Shown in pieces: positions 15,150 through 29,718 of a DNA stretch of 64,000 bases. Below the pieces are notes generated by a model. It was not told where the DNA came from, did not search any database, and was given only the letters and a program-made list of their open reading frames with translations. Numbering within the stretch: position 1 is the first letter of the stretch; every line of letters begins with the position of its first letter. Origin of the DNA: Eledone cirrhosa (lineage: Eukaryota); the NCBI GenBank assembly GCA_964016885.1, contig OZ024743.1, forward strand, positions 16,244,001 through 16,308,000, read 5' to 3'. Both the position numbers and the translations under genes were made by a program.

Positions 15150-16230
15150 GCAGTATGGCAAGAAAACGAAGGAAGAGGTGAGATGTCATACAATAACGTC
15201 GGGATAAGGTTAAACATTTTATCAAAAATAAAAATAAATTATATAGAATAATTAAAGGAATACAATAAAACACAATATATGAAACAACATTCAGTTTATA
15301 AGAGACACCGCCACTGGCGTTGAACAGCGCAACCCGGATTCCTGAGTACATTCCCACTTCCTTCATACCATGTACTGTTCAAAGCTGTTAAATCGAGAAT
15401 CTTATGATCTTTCGCTGTTTTATTTTGGACAGTGTGGTCGAATCACTTTATCAATAATAATTGTTGTCCGTGCAGTTTGTTGTCGGATTTTATCACTTCT
15501 CCGATCAGTATCACGTTCGGTGTGTCGCCGTACATTTTATGTGTTTTGTGTCAGCTTTTTGTTGCTTATTCTGCGGGTTGTGAAGTTAAATGATTTTTCA
15601 GCAAGAGCTGAGATCCTCCTCATTGGAGTTGATTTACATCTCACGAAAGATAAGTTTCCAGTCATGGGAGTTGAGTATATCTTCACCGGAGAGGTACGCT
15701 TTTTGTAGGTGTGTAAGGGAATTATACAGCTTGAATTCTATAAAACTGTAACCTTCTGAATGTTTCGGTTGTCTTTCAGAGTTCCCAATAATGGTGACAG
15801 GAAGGAGGAGGCGATATCGAATTTGAGGCCTGCCCCAAATGTTTGAAATAGAATGGAAACTGATAAAGTTTCCCCACACCTGATGCCACTCATATGTTTG
15901 TGGGTATGAAGCTTTCGTAATAGATACGTCCACATTTTATCGTCGAATAAGATGGCATAAAAATTCATATTGTTGCGAATCAACTTCCCTAAACACACAG
16001 CCATTATACAAACATACTGACACATTGGCTTGCCTCAAAGTGTTTAGTTAACCCTTATGATGTATTGTGTGGTCGATTGTCGCATTTGGTGCGGAATTGA
16101 TGATAATTTTTGTTTTTTGTCGCATCATTTTTCTCGCTCTTTTATGCGTTTACATTTATCAACGACAATATATTTTTAATATTCTTCTGAACGAATCGTG
16201 AACAATTTATGATGATATTTACGCATTTGT
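15150..16230 (-). pseudogene. Highly decayed piggyBac-like transposase relic
   Basis: Ordered motif remnants across frames: SFRRILK..DK (RF..IL..LRFDD), NATIDHTIHHKG (TIDE..FRG), QY...NFYAILFDDKMWTY (QY...KIFAL.D..T.Y), GTLKDNR (GTLR.NK), PVAV (RWP.AVF). TIRs not identified. Confidence 0.5.
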
Positions 16231-17183
16231 AATGTTATTTATGTATATATTTAAAACACATTTGTAATCTTATTTATACAATTTCTAATAAAATTTAGTT
16301 ACTAATTATAGAATGTAAAAATCAAACAAACAAGCTAACTGAATGGTAAACTAGTTAATGGCGGAATTTGATCACACATATACGAGAAAGAAACGAGAGT
16401 CTAAACATTGGAATAAAATATTTCTACATTCTAGCGCTAAAAGTAACCCACATATTATTTGAATGTTGTACTTTGTCGAAACACTAAAAATGTAAGATTT
16501 GTTTCTTCTTGTTCAGTATTTTAATTCTACTAACTTTGATATCTGAAAGAGATGAGTTTCTGAACTTTCGTTTTTCGTTTAACAGATGTCGATTTTCATT
16601 TAATCCATAGCTCACTCAGCATGTATATTTAAATAACTTGGTAAAATAGCAAGCTGTCAGCATTGTTAAAGAAATACTGGCGAGCATCAGTAGTTTCTGA
16701 TATGCCAAAGTTAAGAAGGATAATAACGCAGGTATCTAATCATTTGGTAGTTGAATGTTTTAATGGCAAAATATTGGTTCAACACATTTGGCGTGGCGTT
16801 CTAATGCTTCAGCTACCTTTATTTCTCTTATAAATATCAGTAGTGTTGTTCGAAGGTAAGAGACTTTATATAAGAGGATTGAAAAGTAAGAATACATTTT
16901 TGAAGTGGTGCAAATGTTTAAAATGTAAAATTAGTACCACCTTGTGGTACTCATTTGTAACTGAGACATTACAAGGGGTTCATTGATCTAAAAATGTATT
17001 GCTCTTCCCTTGTGGGAGGAATATATGTTCGAAAGTGTCCTAATTGTGGCTATACCAACATTTTTGAGGTATCTAGAAATACGTTATCGAATTCGTCCTT
17101 CCAGTTTTAAAGATAGTAGGTGGATGTTGAGGGAGATATTAATGCTGATCACAATGTGTCGAGCGACTGCATTATAATAATGA

Positions 17184-17517
<334 letters not shown>

Positions 17518-17519
<2 letters not shown>

Positions 17520-18540
17520 TAGATAAGATTTCACCCATCTAACCTTCATCTGATAACTTTCAATTACACAATATTGGTAAACCCAGGGTACGATTTAACA
17601 TGTATCAGTGGACTTCACGACTTCAAGAGGTTGCAGTTGCAAATGCTGCGTGACTTTATATAATTTTTATTTAGAGTTAATATCACTCTTTCACTCACCA
17701 ACCAGTTTTTATAGTAGTCTTTTCGACTATCAACATATAGTTTTATATTAAAAGTTCCTATGTAAGTTATTCCTGGAAAAACCGATTCGAAATTTCCGTT
17801 TCTTATTTGCATTAGCTATTTTGGAAATTTCGAAGACAATTCATTATTGAATAGATGGACTCTCTTGATAGCGGATAAGTGTCAATTTGTTATCTTTACC
17901 TGTATGACTTTCAGCAAGTTTTAGTTAATGTACTTTTCTAAAAGCAATTTTGATTTTGCTTCTGCAAATATTTTGCTGCTCTAGAGCCTATAAATGTGTC
18001 TTGTGAGACAATGTGTATTCATTGCAAAGAAAGTTCTGCATTTTATTAGAAGATCTGCCAACCCACATCATTTGTTGATATTGTATGTGGCCTTCTTATG
18101 TGTTGACAGGTTAAAAATGGAGTTTGAATACAAATCGCAATAACTTGCCTATAGTCAGAACAGTTGCTGCGAACATAAACTAATAAACAGCAAACTCAAG
18201 TCGATAGATTTGCCGAAATCTTGTTTACAGCAGTTTGGAGAGAAAACATTTCTCGGGTGTCTGGTGCAAGAAAAGTAAAAGAAGAAATATTTTCTTTAGC
18301 TTTCAAAAACCTGAACCCGGTCGAGGGATCTTGAGTATATTTGTCTGATAGTAAGCGATATTGGCACAATAATCCTAATTTTTCGGTAAGGTCTTCAATA
18401 CTATAAAATACCGCAAACAAAATCTCATGTTGAAGAATTTTAGTTTTGAATAAGTACCGACATAACTGAGTAAATAAAAGGACTTCCGTTAAAACATGCT
18501 GAATTAATGTACACAAACCTATTGTCATTTAACTAATATA
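17518..18540 (-). pseudogene. Helitron Pif1-like helicase relic with CTAG|T 3' end
   Basis: Remnants FTFLAPDTREMF (FFLDAPGGTGKTF), AATVLTIGK..FKL (AATLL.GGRTAHS.FKL), ATYNINK..LADLL.KC...EYTLSHK..L.ALE (CNI......C.LI.WDE.TM.HK..LEALD), WLVSERVILT (WL.ERAIL). The minus strand ends ATCTAG|T at about 17518. Confidence 0.65.
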
Positions 18541-19929
18541 TTCCGTGGAAATGTTTTTGTGGTCTTGTTCGCAGAGTGCAGCCTCAGTACTATAGCACCC
18601 TAGACCTAGAGCCCAGCATCCTCTCCCTTCCCATTATTTTATGACCCTTGAGCTCTCACCTTTCCCTTCTTTTTCCGTTTTCATAACCACAAAAAACACA
18701 TAAATACAATATATATATATACACTCTCTGGCGTAGATATTTACTCAATACTATTAACAAACGTTGGTTGTTACCACTACTTCATATATGGGGTGTACGT
18801 TAGTCAAATACTCATTGATATATTGCCTACGAAATTAACTCATTATCTAATCAATTAATGTAAAGTAAGTGTGTTCTTATTGCCGTATAACCTCAGTAAA
18901 CTTGTAATTTCAAAGGAAAAGTAAATTCGTAAGTGTATGTATACAATATCTAAGGAGTTAGTGGTATAATTATATATTCATAAACGTAATGTAATTATTT
19001 ACATATTTTGCAGATGTTTGTAATTCAGTCAACTTGCGAAATGTAAAATCTTTTGATGTCGACAGTCAAATATCAATATTATTTCTATTCTCTACCGTGG
19101 AATCTGAAATTAACACATTAAACATTTAAGTAAAACAAGATAAATCACCAATTAATATTATTTATTCATTGGTGAATTTCTGTTTCGTATTTTTCCTAAA
19201 ATATATTTGCCTCAATGTAGTTTGTAATACTTATACTTCAGTCACAGTCAGCATAAATAATATTATATCCAAGACATGCGTTTGAAGTGAGAACTATAAG
19301 TTAGTTGACATCTAGCTTGTATTAAGAACACATAATCCATTTAAGCGTAGATTTCAATCCATATAATGAATAGAATCAATGTTGATATGTGAATATCAGC
19401 AGAACATGTTCACATTTTTGTCGGGTATGTTTTAATTATCTATGTACATAAAACATTCAGTTTTGCAATTAAAAAATGTGAAAGAGAAAACTGAATGGAA
19501 ATGAAACTGCAAACAGAGAGACGAGAAGTTAATAAAATGAACCGGAAGGACAATTAAGCACTAGAGCCATGTAGCATTTAACGTGCATATTGTAGTTCTG
19601 TTGATGGTAATGTTATCGGATTGCATGTTAATCCAGTAAGGAGCAATCATAAAATGTTGCACACCTTTAGAAATTTACTATTTTAAAATGTATGCAAAAG
19701 AGCCACGCTGATTTAATAGATGACTTTATATATAAACGGAGATTATTGTATACTGTTACCACATCACGTTCATCTAGGTTCCCCAGATACATTTATCGTC
19801 ATACATTCTGAAAAGTAAGAATTTCATTAGCTGTCCGTTGAAGAATGCTTTGAAACGACTAGTAGAGAAATATCAAAATAGATTATTTCTAATATTCTAA
19901 ACGATTTTATCTTGTTGCAATTTCCATCT

Positions 19930-20520
19930 GGAAATGCTGAAACCTTCTATAGATTCCAATTTGATTCTGGAGCTAAATCCCGGCAAAATCATTTGGAAAA
20001 AATCGTCAGTAACTCATTATACATTTGTTCGTGTGGAATATCAACTGAACAAATTATGTGGAAAATAAACTGATTAAATATATTGAGCAGATTAAGAGAA
20101 AATCTTTGTTTTATTTCACATTTTTGTTGTTTTTGTTTATAATTGTTGATGAAACTGCTGACATTTGGGAAAGAGCAATTTGCTACTTATTATACGACAT
20201 GTTGATACAAAGATATTCGATGAAAACATTCGTAAAAAATTCCTGATTTTGCAACACTAATTAAATTGTCTGTCGTCGTCATTAGTAAATCAATACTTGA
20301 TCATTTTATAAAATGTGGGTAAGTCGAGAAACAGTACTAGGCAAAGGATATGATAGCTGCTCTACAATAGAAGGAAAGGAAGGTGAGTGCAAGCTAAAAT
20401 AAAGAGCACGTATCCAAAATATGCTTTTTGTTAACTGAGATCCACATTAAATAGTTCTTGATGTGAATGATCTTGTACTATCCGAAATAAAGAATCCTGT
20501 TGTCTCTGTCAAAGCATCGT
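19930..20520 (+). pseudogene. hAT-superfamily transposase relic
   Basis: FIIVDETADI (FSII.DET.D) in ORF 20058-20246 and GKGYDSCSTIEGK (GQGYDGA..MSG) at about 20340. Confidence 0.65.
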
Positions 20521-20819
20521 GAGAGTAAAAGTGATATTCTCCTAAGAGTAATATTACATTTTGTTCTTCTACAGTTGTTAATGATGGATCAATCAATCGA
20601 TTAAAATTCAGTTGTTTAACCAACTGAATGTCCAACAGAGTTAACAGGAAAATGATTGAGTATTCCAGACACTCGTGTAAACTTAACGTAATTCCCAAAT
20701 CGAATCACTGTGATACAATATTTGACAAGGCCTTTTGAATTACAGATAGTGTCCATATCCCTGACCGCCATACTGTTTCACTCCATCCACTGAGAAGGAT
20801 TGGGTCAAATCCTGCCTAA

Positions 20820-20885
20820 GGCAAAGATACTTGCTCAGGTAACTAGGCGGTGAACGTCTTAACCACTCAGCCATGCCTGCACCTA
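20820..20885 (-). mobile_element. 5' fragment of a second tRNA-derived SINE family
   Basis: The minus strand reads GGTGCAGGCATGGCTGAGTGGTTAAG (A-box TGGCnnAGTGG). Confidence 0.5.
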
Positions 20886-21784
20886 CATCTGGTAAAGTTA
20901 AACAATGAAAATATTAAACTAAGTTTCGAAAATCTTATTTTTGCTTCTAGAAATTAGGTTAATTTTGATTAATCTATTTTCAAAAACTCCACATCGTGTG
21001 AATTACATGTTAGAAATAAAGTATATAGTTCATGTAGCTGTACCACCGAAACTTTTCAGAAAATGTTCAGTGTCAAAACAGACTTCTTTAAGAATGTTTT
21101 GAAGCATTTTGAAGTTTTTCCCCATAAAATATTAATGATGATCTATTGGTCAACTTTCCTTTTAAGAAGATCATAATGATGTGGGTATATCATATTTCTA
21201 CTCTTTGATTCATTGCACCATTTTTCTACTCATTCAACCTGAAGATTATCATTTCACTCTATACATGTTCTGTCTAAGTCTATATCAATTGATCCGCCTC
21301 TCTTTCTTTCATTCTCTCTAACTCTTATTCTCACACACACATTTTCTCTATCTCTTGCTCGCTCTTTTCTATTTCCTTTCATCAACTAATCCAATTCCAC
21401 TCATTGATTTCTTGCCAATTGCCCATTACATCCTGGACATTCGCTACAAGCTAGAGTAATGTTACTTAGATTTAATGCACTTTGGTAAAGGTAATCTGAT
21501 TCATATATACATCAATTCATGAAGTTGCAAGTTGTGAATTAATAATTCTATTGACAGAGTAGTCATTAATTCATAAGTTGACATGTGGAACTTTCTACAT
21601 GTCTGCATATATATATTATAAATAATATATATAGAGTACATATATGTATGTATCTATAACAGGCAAAGGTAACCATTTTCGAGCAATCGCCTTTTATGTT
21701 GTAGCTCATAATAAGGTGGACTGCACTAGGAAAAAATCCAAGGCAATTTTAAAGGCCGCAGTTTCACCATGAGTGAGATACGTG

Positions 21785-21875
<91 letters not shown>

Positions 21876-21997
21876 CCACATAAATACAGTTTGCAAGATT
21901 TAGCATTCTGGAGCCACTTTTCACTGTATATAAAGCACACAATTTACCCATCTCATTACAGTTGAAAATTGCAAACTTGACTGTCATCACAGATTAT

Positions 21998-22034
21998 GAA
22001 CCTGAAGATTGCGAAAGCATGAAAGTACATGTTC
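21998..22034 (+). ncRNA. Minimal hammerhead ribozyme motif in 5' pLTR
   Basis: GAAC-CTGAAGA-T-TGC(gaaa)GCA-T-GAAA-GTAC-AT-GTTC; the cleavage-site U appears mutated in this copy. Confidence 0.7.
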
Positions 22035-24896
22035 AATTAATACTTAACATTTAATATTCTACCATACAATTTCATTCTAATACCATTATACATTTTAAAG
22101 GATTGTAAATAAATCGTGTAAATTAGACAGAGTTGGAATTCCTTTTATTATTATAATCTTCTATACACAATCATACACACCCGTGTATATTATTATCTAT
22201 CTATATAAGTATATATATTCCTATTGTGTAATTTATTTTGACCAGACCATGAGAAGTAGTAAAACCAGGAGATCATTCTCAAGATCTCAACAGAGACTAC
22301 CCGCAAGGAACGGGGAAACAAAACGTAGAATAACCAGATCACTCTCCAGATCTCAACAGAGATTACCCACATGAAACTGGGCGAAAAAACGATATAAACC
22401 TGAAAGCAAAACTAGGACTTTTCCCCAGATTGTTAAAAATAATGCTAACAAGAAATGGAAAAATAATATACATAATACCAAAAATAGGATAAAATACATA
22501 ACGAAACCAAATATAATATCACGACCAAAAGTTCATCAAGCAAACACCAACAGGAATACAAATCCTGAACAGAGAAAAATCCATTTTTTAACGTCAGGAC
22601 AACAAAAACCGGAAAAAGAAAAACTCCAGGATGAAACATACCCAAAACAACTGTACACGTAGATCCTAAAATAATTAATTTATCCAAAAGAGACCTTGAC
22701 AATGCTGAAATGCAATTTCTGTCAAAAGGACTGAAATTCACACCGACTCCAACAGTCAACCACCAAGAACTGAAGGAGGATACCCAAGAATTCTGTCGAA
22801 AATTACGTCTTGTAGAATTCTTCGCTTATAAAAGTAATGAGAGTGATGAATCACTAGTAAAGAATAAATCAAATTTCACTCCGCCAAATCAGAAATGTCT
22901 GCACTTAAACGTATACAACATGATAAAAAAATAATAATTAAACAAGCATATAAAGGGGGTGCAGTTGTTATAATGGATGCTGAATACTACGAGAATTTGG
23001 TTGAGGAACAACTGAAAAACATAACATTCTATCATGAAAAACTGTCAAATATAGACCACAACATCATGAAGAAGATCAACAACCTGACTTCAAAATACCA
23101 CAATTCACTTACTGATAAGGAAAGAGACGACATCACCAATTTTGAGCCAAAACCCAGCAACCTGTATGGCCTACCTAAAGTTCATAAGTCAAAAGAAATA
23201 CAACTGGCTGTAAGAGAACAAAACAGTGTGTACATTAAATTACTACACCCAAAATACTTAAAACTTAGACCTATTATAGCTGGTCCAACATGCCCCACCA
23301 CCGTCTAAGCAATTTTGTTGACATTATTTTGAAACCACTATGTATTCACATATCCAGTTTCATCCGGGATGATATCGACTTCCTGTCTCAACTTCCCAAA
23401 ACCACGGAAACGAATTCACTTATGATGTGGTAAGCCTTTACACCAACATTACACATGATTTAGGAATGAAGGCGGTTAAATACTGGGTGGAAAAACATAG
23501 AGAAGTGATTCCGATCAGATTCACAGCGCCATTTATATTAGACGCAGTTAAACTTATTCTGGAAAACAACCCATCTCTCCAATTCACAAAAGAGATGAGT
23601 AGTACCAAATTACCATTCCTAGATATAATGATAATCAAAAACGACACCACCATTACCACGGATATATATTGTAAACACACACACACCCATCAATATCTTA
23701 ATTTTAAGTCGTGCCATCCACCTCATATAAAACGAAACATACCATACTGCCTAGCCAGAAGAATCTGTACCATTGTAGAAGATACGAATACCAGGTACAA
23801 ACGCCTAACATAACTAAGAGAATTTTTGCTCAAACAAAAATACCCATCTCTACTTATAGAAAATGGTATACAGCGGGCTATAAAAATACCTATACAAAAA
23901 CTTGGACAACCCAAGGTAGAAGAAACCAAGAACTGGTCATACCATTTATAATGACACACAACCCATGTCACCAGAATATCCTCAACACTGCCAAAGCAAA
24001 CCTACCGATCATTGCTCAAAGTAATGAATTAAAAGGCTTAATCACAGATCGATCTTTGACACTTAGTAAAAGACAGCCGAACAATTTGAAGGAATTACTA
24101 ACAAAAGCACAGTTTGACCATAACAACAAAGACCAATCATTCACTGTATCTAAATGCAATGATAGTCGATGTGCCACATGTCAATCCATACACGCCGGTC
24201 AATATATGAAAACAAAAAACTGGGAAAATATTCTCAAATGCGAATATGAACTGCAAAAGCAGAAATCTAATTTACTACATTAAATGCCCGAATTGTGAAG
24301 AACTATATGTCGGTCAAACTGGAAATGCACTATCGGAACGTGTACGTGTACACCGACAGCAAATCAGAGGCCCCAATGTCCGTCAGATACCCCCTAAGTA
24401 ACCATCTAGCATCATATCGTTAGCGAATATTTATAATATTCCCATTCTACAAATTACACAGCCCAAATGAAATCAAGAGAACAATCAAAGAAAATCATTT
24501 TATTGATAAATTCAAACCCAAGCTAAATGAACAATAATAATGGGGTCTCCTACTATGACTAAGACTACGACCACTAACAACAACAACAACAATAATAATA
24601 ATAAAAGTGATGTTCATGGTGATGATTACTAGAAAATGCTATTTTCATCATTTCTAAAAATAGCAAAACAATTGATGCTTTGGTTAGGGTCAATTAGTAG
24701 TCTTTAGAAATGCTCAACCAACCGTGACGCCTCAACCAATCAGCTTTAGTAATCCGGTGAAACTACACACCGATTGGTCGAAATACAGTTTGCAAGATTT
24801 AGCATTCTGGAGCCACGTTTCACTGTATATAAGGCACAAAATTTACCCATCTCATTACAGTTGAACATTGCAAACTTGACTGTCACCACACATTAT

Positions 24897-24933
24897 GAAC
24901 CTGAAGATTGCGAAAGCATGAAAGTACTTGTTG
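24897..24933 (+). ncRNA. Minimal hammerhead ribozyme motif in 3' pLTR
   Basis: GAAC-CTGAAGA-T-TGC(gaaa)GCA-T-GAAA-GTAC-TT-GTT; palindromic AAGTACTT stem III of the dimer type. Confidence 0.75.
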
Positions 24934-25077
24934 AATTAAAACTTAACATTTAATATTCTACCATACTATTTGATTCTAATACCATTATATATTTTAAAGG
25001 ATTATAAATAAAACGAGTAAATCAGACAAAGTTGGAATTTCTTTTATTAATATAATCTTCTATACACCCGTGTATAT

Positions 25078-25141
<64 letters not shown>

Positions 25142-25156
25142 TTATATATATGTACG

Positions 25157-25206
<50 letters not shown>

Positions 25207-25257
25207 GTTTTAATATTGAAGTGGTTACCTCCGATTCAACCCGGAATAACTTACCTA

Positions 25258-25311
<54 letters not shown>

Positions 25312-25584
25312 AAGGGTAAATAATCTGGTAATATGAAGAGTTATATCAATAACATTTCAGTTTGAATGTGTTTCTTCAACCAACAAGATAAGACGAATCT
25401 TTTCATCACTAGAATATTCCGTAATAGTAGTTAAGAATGAATGTTCGGATACATAAATCCGACACACAGTAAGAATGTATGGCGACAAGACAATTGAAAA
25501 CATAATGCAAAAATAGCAAAGATGAAAATTTAAGTAATTTTACTCGTATAAACACACACACGCACCCACCTTATATATGCATGC

Positions 25585-25617
<33 letters not shown>

Positions 25618-25899
25618 TTGACTAATAAATAGCAGTTAACATTATATTACACTCTCACTATATTATTAGTGTCACCGTTCACAACCAGGCGAAACATTTT
25701 CAGGTAGTTATATTACAAAATATATATAGTTCTATCCAAAAGGACATTTAAGAGATACTCAGATGAGGAATAAAAAAAACGAGACAGATAAAGTATAGAT
25801 GAAATAAATAAACAATAAATAAATCATGATACACATATTGAATTAATTACGGTCATAAATCAGGTAATTGGTTATATTTCCAAGTAACTCAAGTCCACA

Positions 25900-28617
25900 C
25901 ACATATATTCGTATATATATATATATAAAGAATGAATAATAACATGTAGACATCATAAAAAGGTAATTTATTCCGAGTGCTTACAAATGTTTCAACAGTA
26001 GTTATACAGCCTAGTCATGCTATGTGCAATTGATAATTAATAATTATTTGATTGCAGAAACTCAATTTTCAAATGCTGCGACTACCATTTCCTCAGAGCA
26101 AAATGGTTAAAATGTAAATACCCTTGTATTTGTTAAAGGAAGTTATTGGAGAAGATAGAGTAGAAAGAAAGAGAGAAAGATTGGGATTATTTATTGCTAC
26201 AGAGAGCAGGTTCATAGATGTGGAAAGGGAGTGCGGAAGACCGAGGGCGAGAGAGAGAGAGAGAGTGGGAGAGAGAGATGGGAAGGGAGAGAGAGAGAAA
26301 TAATGAGAGATAAAGAGGAGACAGACGAAGGCTACGAGAAGTGGGATACATCGATTTCATAGTTGTAGTCTTCAAATCGAACTCAAGTACCCATTTATAA
26401 TGATAAGCAGGGTATTGGCTTGTAATGTGGCGGTGAGGGATATAGTTAGGAAGTAGTTATTGAGAGGAATTAGTTAGCGTGAAAGTGATGTTGCAGTCTC
26501 GGGTTCAAATGTTAAGTTATTTTATAGTGAGAAGATTTAGCCTTCAGTTTGTGGTTTCAGTATAACGATCGTTCGATTCTGTTATTTAGTAACTTGTTTG
26601 GGGATTTTAAGATATAAAAGAGTTCAAGTTTGCATAATCTGCAGTACTTCAATCCACTTCGATATGCACTAGCGCTGGATAGTTTATCCCATTTTATGGT
26701 AAACTGCCGGTTGCATTCTCGTAGTTGCCAGGTCTTATTGGCGAGCATAGTCACAAGACGGTGTTTAGGATGCTTAATCGAAAATCGATGACGATAACAG
26801 CGAGATTTAAAGGAGATAGTAGTAGACCCAATGTAATACCATTTCTGGTCGTTCGATTCAACGGTGCATTGATAAACAATGTTGGACTCTAGGCATTTGT
26901 TCTTCAATGAGCATCTTTCGGGTAGGTGGAAGTTGCAGTTTTTATTGTGGGTAGCAGGTATACCACGGATAGGTTGGGATAACAGTTCAGGTGGGTTGTG
27001 TAATACACGCCTCCCATTTGGTGGTTGGGAGGCCGATATTACGTTATGCTCATCTGTTACTAAAATATTTTGTTTTGTAATGTTGTTTAATAGTTGCTTT
27101 AAGTTAATTTTTTTATGTATGCTTCAAGGTTTGGTGCGGTGGAGTATGATAGCTTAATAGTCTTGGAGTTTAGAATCATACTGTATTTATGAGAACTAGG
27201 GAAATGCTTGTTAATTAACTTAAAGAATGTACTAATCGAAGCATTAAAAATGGGATTATAGCAGATATACTTTCTACAACGTGATTTATTTGGTGATGAT
27301 TTTCTATTCGTATGTCTGGTGGTACTGTATGTGTGCGATTGTATTTCTGAACCCCGGTTATATATTCTTTGATTGCGTGTGCAGCTATGAGTGTTATGGA
27401 GATTCGTATCAATGTATTCTATTTTATCACGGTGGTCTGCATTCCTTAATGTGTTATTATTGTATTCAGCATGTTCACTGACAATCTCAGGGTTAGACGA
27501 TAGGTGATAGATTCTGAGAGAAATACTACGGGGAACCGATTTGATCATGGAAAGTGGGTGATTCGAATTAAAATTAATATAGGTAAGGTTCTCATTTATC
27601 TTGTGGAAGGGTCGTATCGGTCCAGTATTCAAATTAAGAGTTACGTCAAGGAAATTTACCACTTTAAGATTGTATTCGTACGTTATTTTTATACCCAGTT
27701 CACTAAAAGAATTTCTAATGTTTTTCCGTAGCCTTTCAAGATTTTGGTTATTTAAGTTATTAACTAATAAAAGCGCGTCATCTCTATATATTCCCCCCTG
27801 TAGATTACTACATTTTCCATGTAGTATGTGGGCTATGTAAATTCCCACAAGATCCGTGACCTCCGTTGAGTCGTTAGAGCCTATGGTGATTTCGAAGTTT
27901 GTGGGTCTGTCCCTACGTTCCCAGTAGCAGTTATCAAACTTGATAATAGTTTTCCTAGCCTCTAGCATAATATTAATTTCGTCCTCTGTTAGTTCGGAAT
28001 TGACTTTGGCAACCGATAGGGCCTTACGTAAAGTACTGGGTGAGATTGAAGAGTAGTATTCGTCAATGTCGAATTGTATAAAACTAGACTTACTCTTGTT
28101 CTTAACGTTATTAAACCAGCGAATTGCTTCGCTAGTGTTGCCCCATAATTTAATTTCTATTTTCTTTTTCAATTGAGTTATTACCCTGTCAAGTATATGT
28201 TTGCTAACGTTTCCTATGTCTGATTTAGAATGGCTATAAGTCTAATCTTAGGGTTAGAGTCAACATTTACCTTATGGTCCTTCAGGTTAAAGGTGGGAGT
28301 TGAGGGTATAATCGGTTCGGTTCTATCGTCTATCTTGAGATTCTTTACCATTTTGTATGCTTCGTTGTTAATGCTCGTTAGTGTAGTTTCACTCGTTTTT
28401 CTATATTTCTTTTGTAGTTCTTTGTGTATGAAGTTGTTGTATGTATCGATATCCATGGTATACACGTTAGAGGTCGTATCAGCTTTCACAACGATCCCAT
28501 TAGTATTTTTCAGTCTTTGGAGTAGTGCTTTCATGTTGTTCTGCATGGAATAAATATACTTTCCGAAGAAAATATAGGGAATCATTTCGTCGTCAGGGAA
28601 GTCTATTCTCAGCTAAG

Positions 28618-28620
<3 letters not shown>
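25900..28620 (-). mobile_element. Penelope-like element (RT plus GIY-YIG), frameshifted
   Basis: ORFs 28214-28585 (VVKADTT), 27099-28172 (QFDIDEYYSSI, GIYRDD, NFLDV) and 26557-26907 (NIVYQC..YIGST..FKSR..RH, CRLC). Confidence 0.9.
25978..26100 (-). ncRNA. Hammerhead ribozyme motif with long stem II extension
   Basis: TGCT-CTGAGGA-AATGGTAGT...ACTACTGTT-GAAA-CATTTG-TA-AGCA, in the sense orientation downstream of the PLE ORF. Confidence 0.7.
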
Positions 28621-28673
<53 letters not shown>

Positions 28674-29498
28674 TAGCTGGCCCATACAGCTGGCGCCCGG
28701 TTAGATATACCGGCATTTTATCTTTTCAGGAATCCCCCTCCACTCCAGTTCAAATATACCGCACTCCCTCTCAAGTTAGCGAGGGTGGGGTTATCGTGCT
28801 TTGATGTTGGGTTTGAATAGTGAAAAATCGGACTCAATTGTGTATGGAGCTGTATGGCACACTGATGCTGTAATGTAATGTGGATGCAATCAGCTTGTGA
28901 ACTCACCTGCTCCAAACTGGCTTGTTCTGTCTGTCTCTGTTGCACTCCTGACTTCTGAACTGGACTTCAGTTGCTGAAAGGGAGACTGGTGCTGCTCTTG
29001 AGACTGGGATGATCGAATGCCTCTCGCCTGAGTCCTTATCTTCTGAAGGCGACGTTCATGATCATCTTCAGTATCTTTTGGTCTAGTAATATATTTTCTT
29101 CTGGAAAATCTGATCTTGCGGCCAAGCTGTGACTTTTGGGAGAAACAGAGCTAAGCTTCTTACAACCAAGAAAAATACCACAAAGGCGGCAGGGGTACTT
29201 ATATCAAAGCCGTAGAAGAGATGGCTAGGATGGCGAGACGTATGAGGACTGATAGCTTTCCAGCAGTCACTACACTCCAATGGTTACTCTACATATGGAG
29301 TTATAAGCAATATAAAGAAATACACTGATACATGCGCACACATACATATACATGAATATATCCAAATATATCCCTGAATAGGTTGTAAGAGGCTTAGCAC
29401 TGTTTCTTGACCGCTGTATCACGTGATTGACTCCCCCTCCGCCTTTCGGGATTCTATCTAACGTCCTACGGATGTGTTTTGAAACTCTAAATGAGGTA

Positions 29499-29590
29499 TC
29501 CTCTTGATAAGTCGGCAGACCTCACAAAAATACTGTATCTCTGTGAGTAGTGTTTTTGCATAATATGCTACGAAACTACGTAGTCGAGGA
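29499..29590 (+). ncRNA. Degenerate hammerhead motif near the 3' end of a short insert ending in (TA)n
   Basis: TCCTC-ttGATaA-GTCGGCA...TGCTAC-GAAA-CTACGTAG-TC-GAGGA. Stems I and III and the GUC site are intact; the CUGANGA box has two substitutions. Confidence 0.6.
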
Positions 29591-29656
29591 GCAATAGGAA
29601 TTTAGGTATGGTATATCTTATTAATCATATCTAATATTTCTTCTTTCTTTATAATG

Positions 29657-29716
<60 letters not shown>

Positions 29717-29718
<2 letters not shown>

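Larger units (their letters stand above)
21881..25080 (+). mobile_element. Penelope-like element with direct pseudo-LTRs (about 21881-22200 and 24781-25080); frameshifted RT and GIY-YIG
   Basis: LSKGLKFTPTP, IIIKQAYKGGAVVIM, YGLPKVHK, LRPIIAG, VSLYTNI, LPFLDI, YVGQTG...RVRVH, FKPKLN. The roughly 300-bp direct repeat is visible, and the element ends in (ATCT)n. Confidence 0.92.

Noticed and set aside
28548-28605. Minus-strand CTGACGA-CGAA...TTCG-GAAA-GTATAT-TT at the PLE 5' end
   Set aside because: Core boxes are present but stem I does not pair adjacent to the core; left unassigned.
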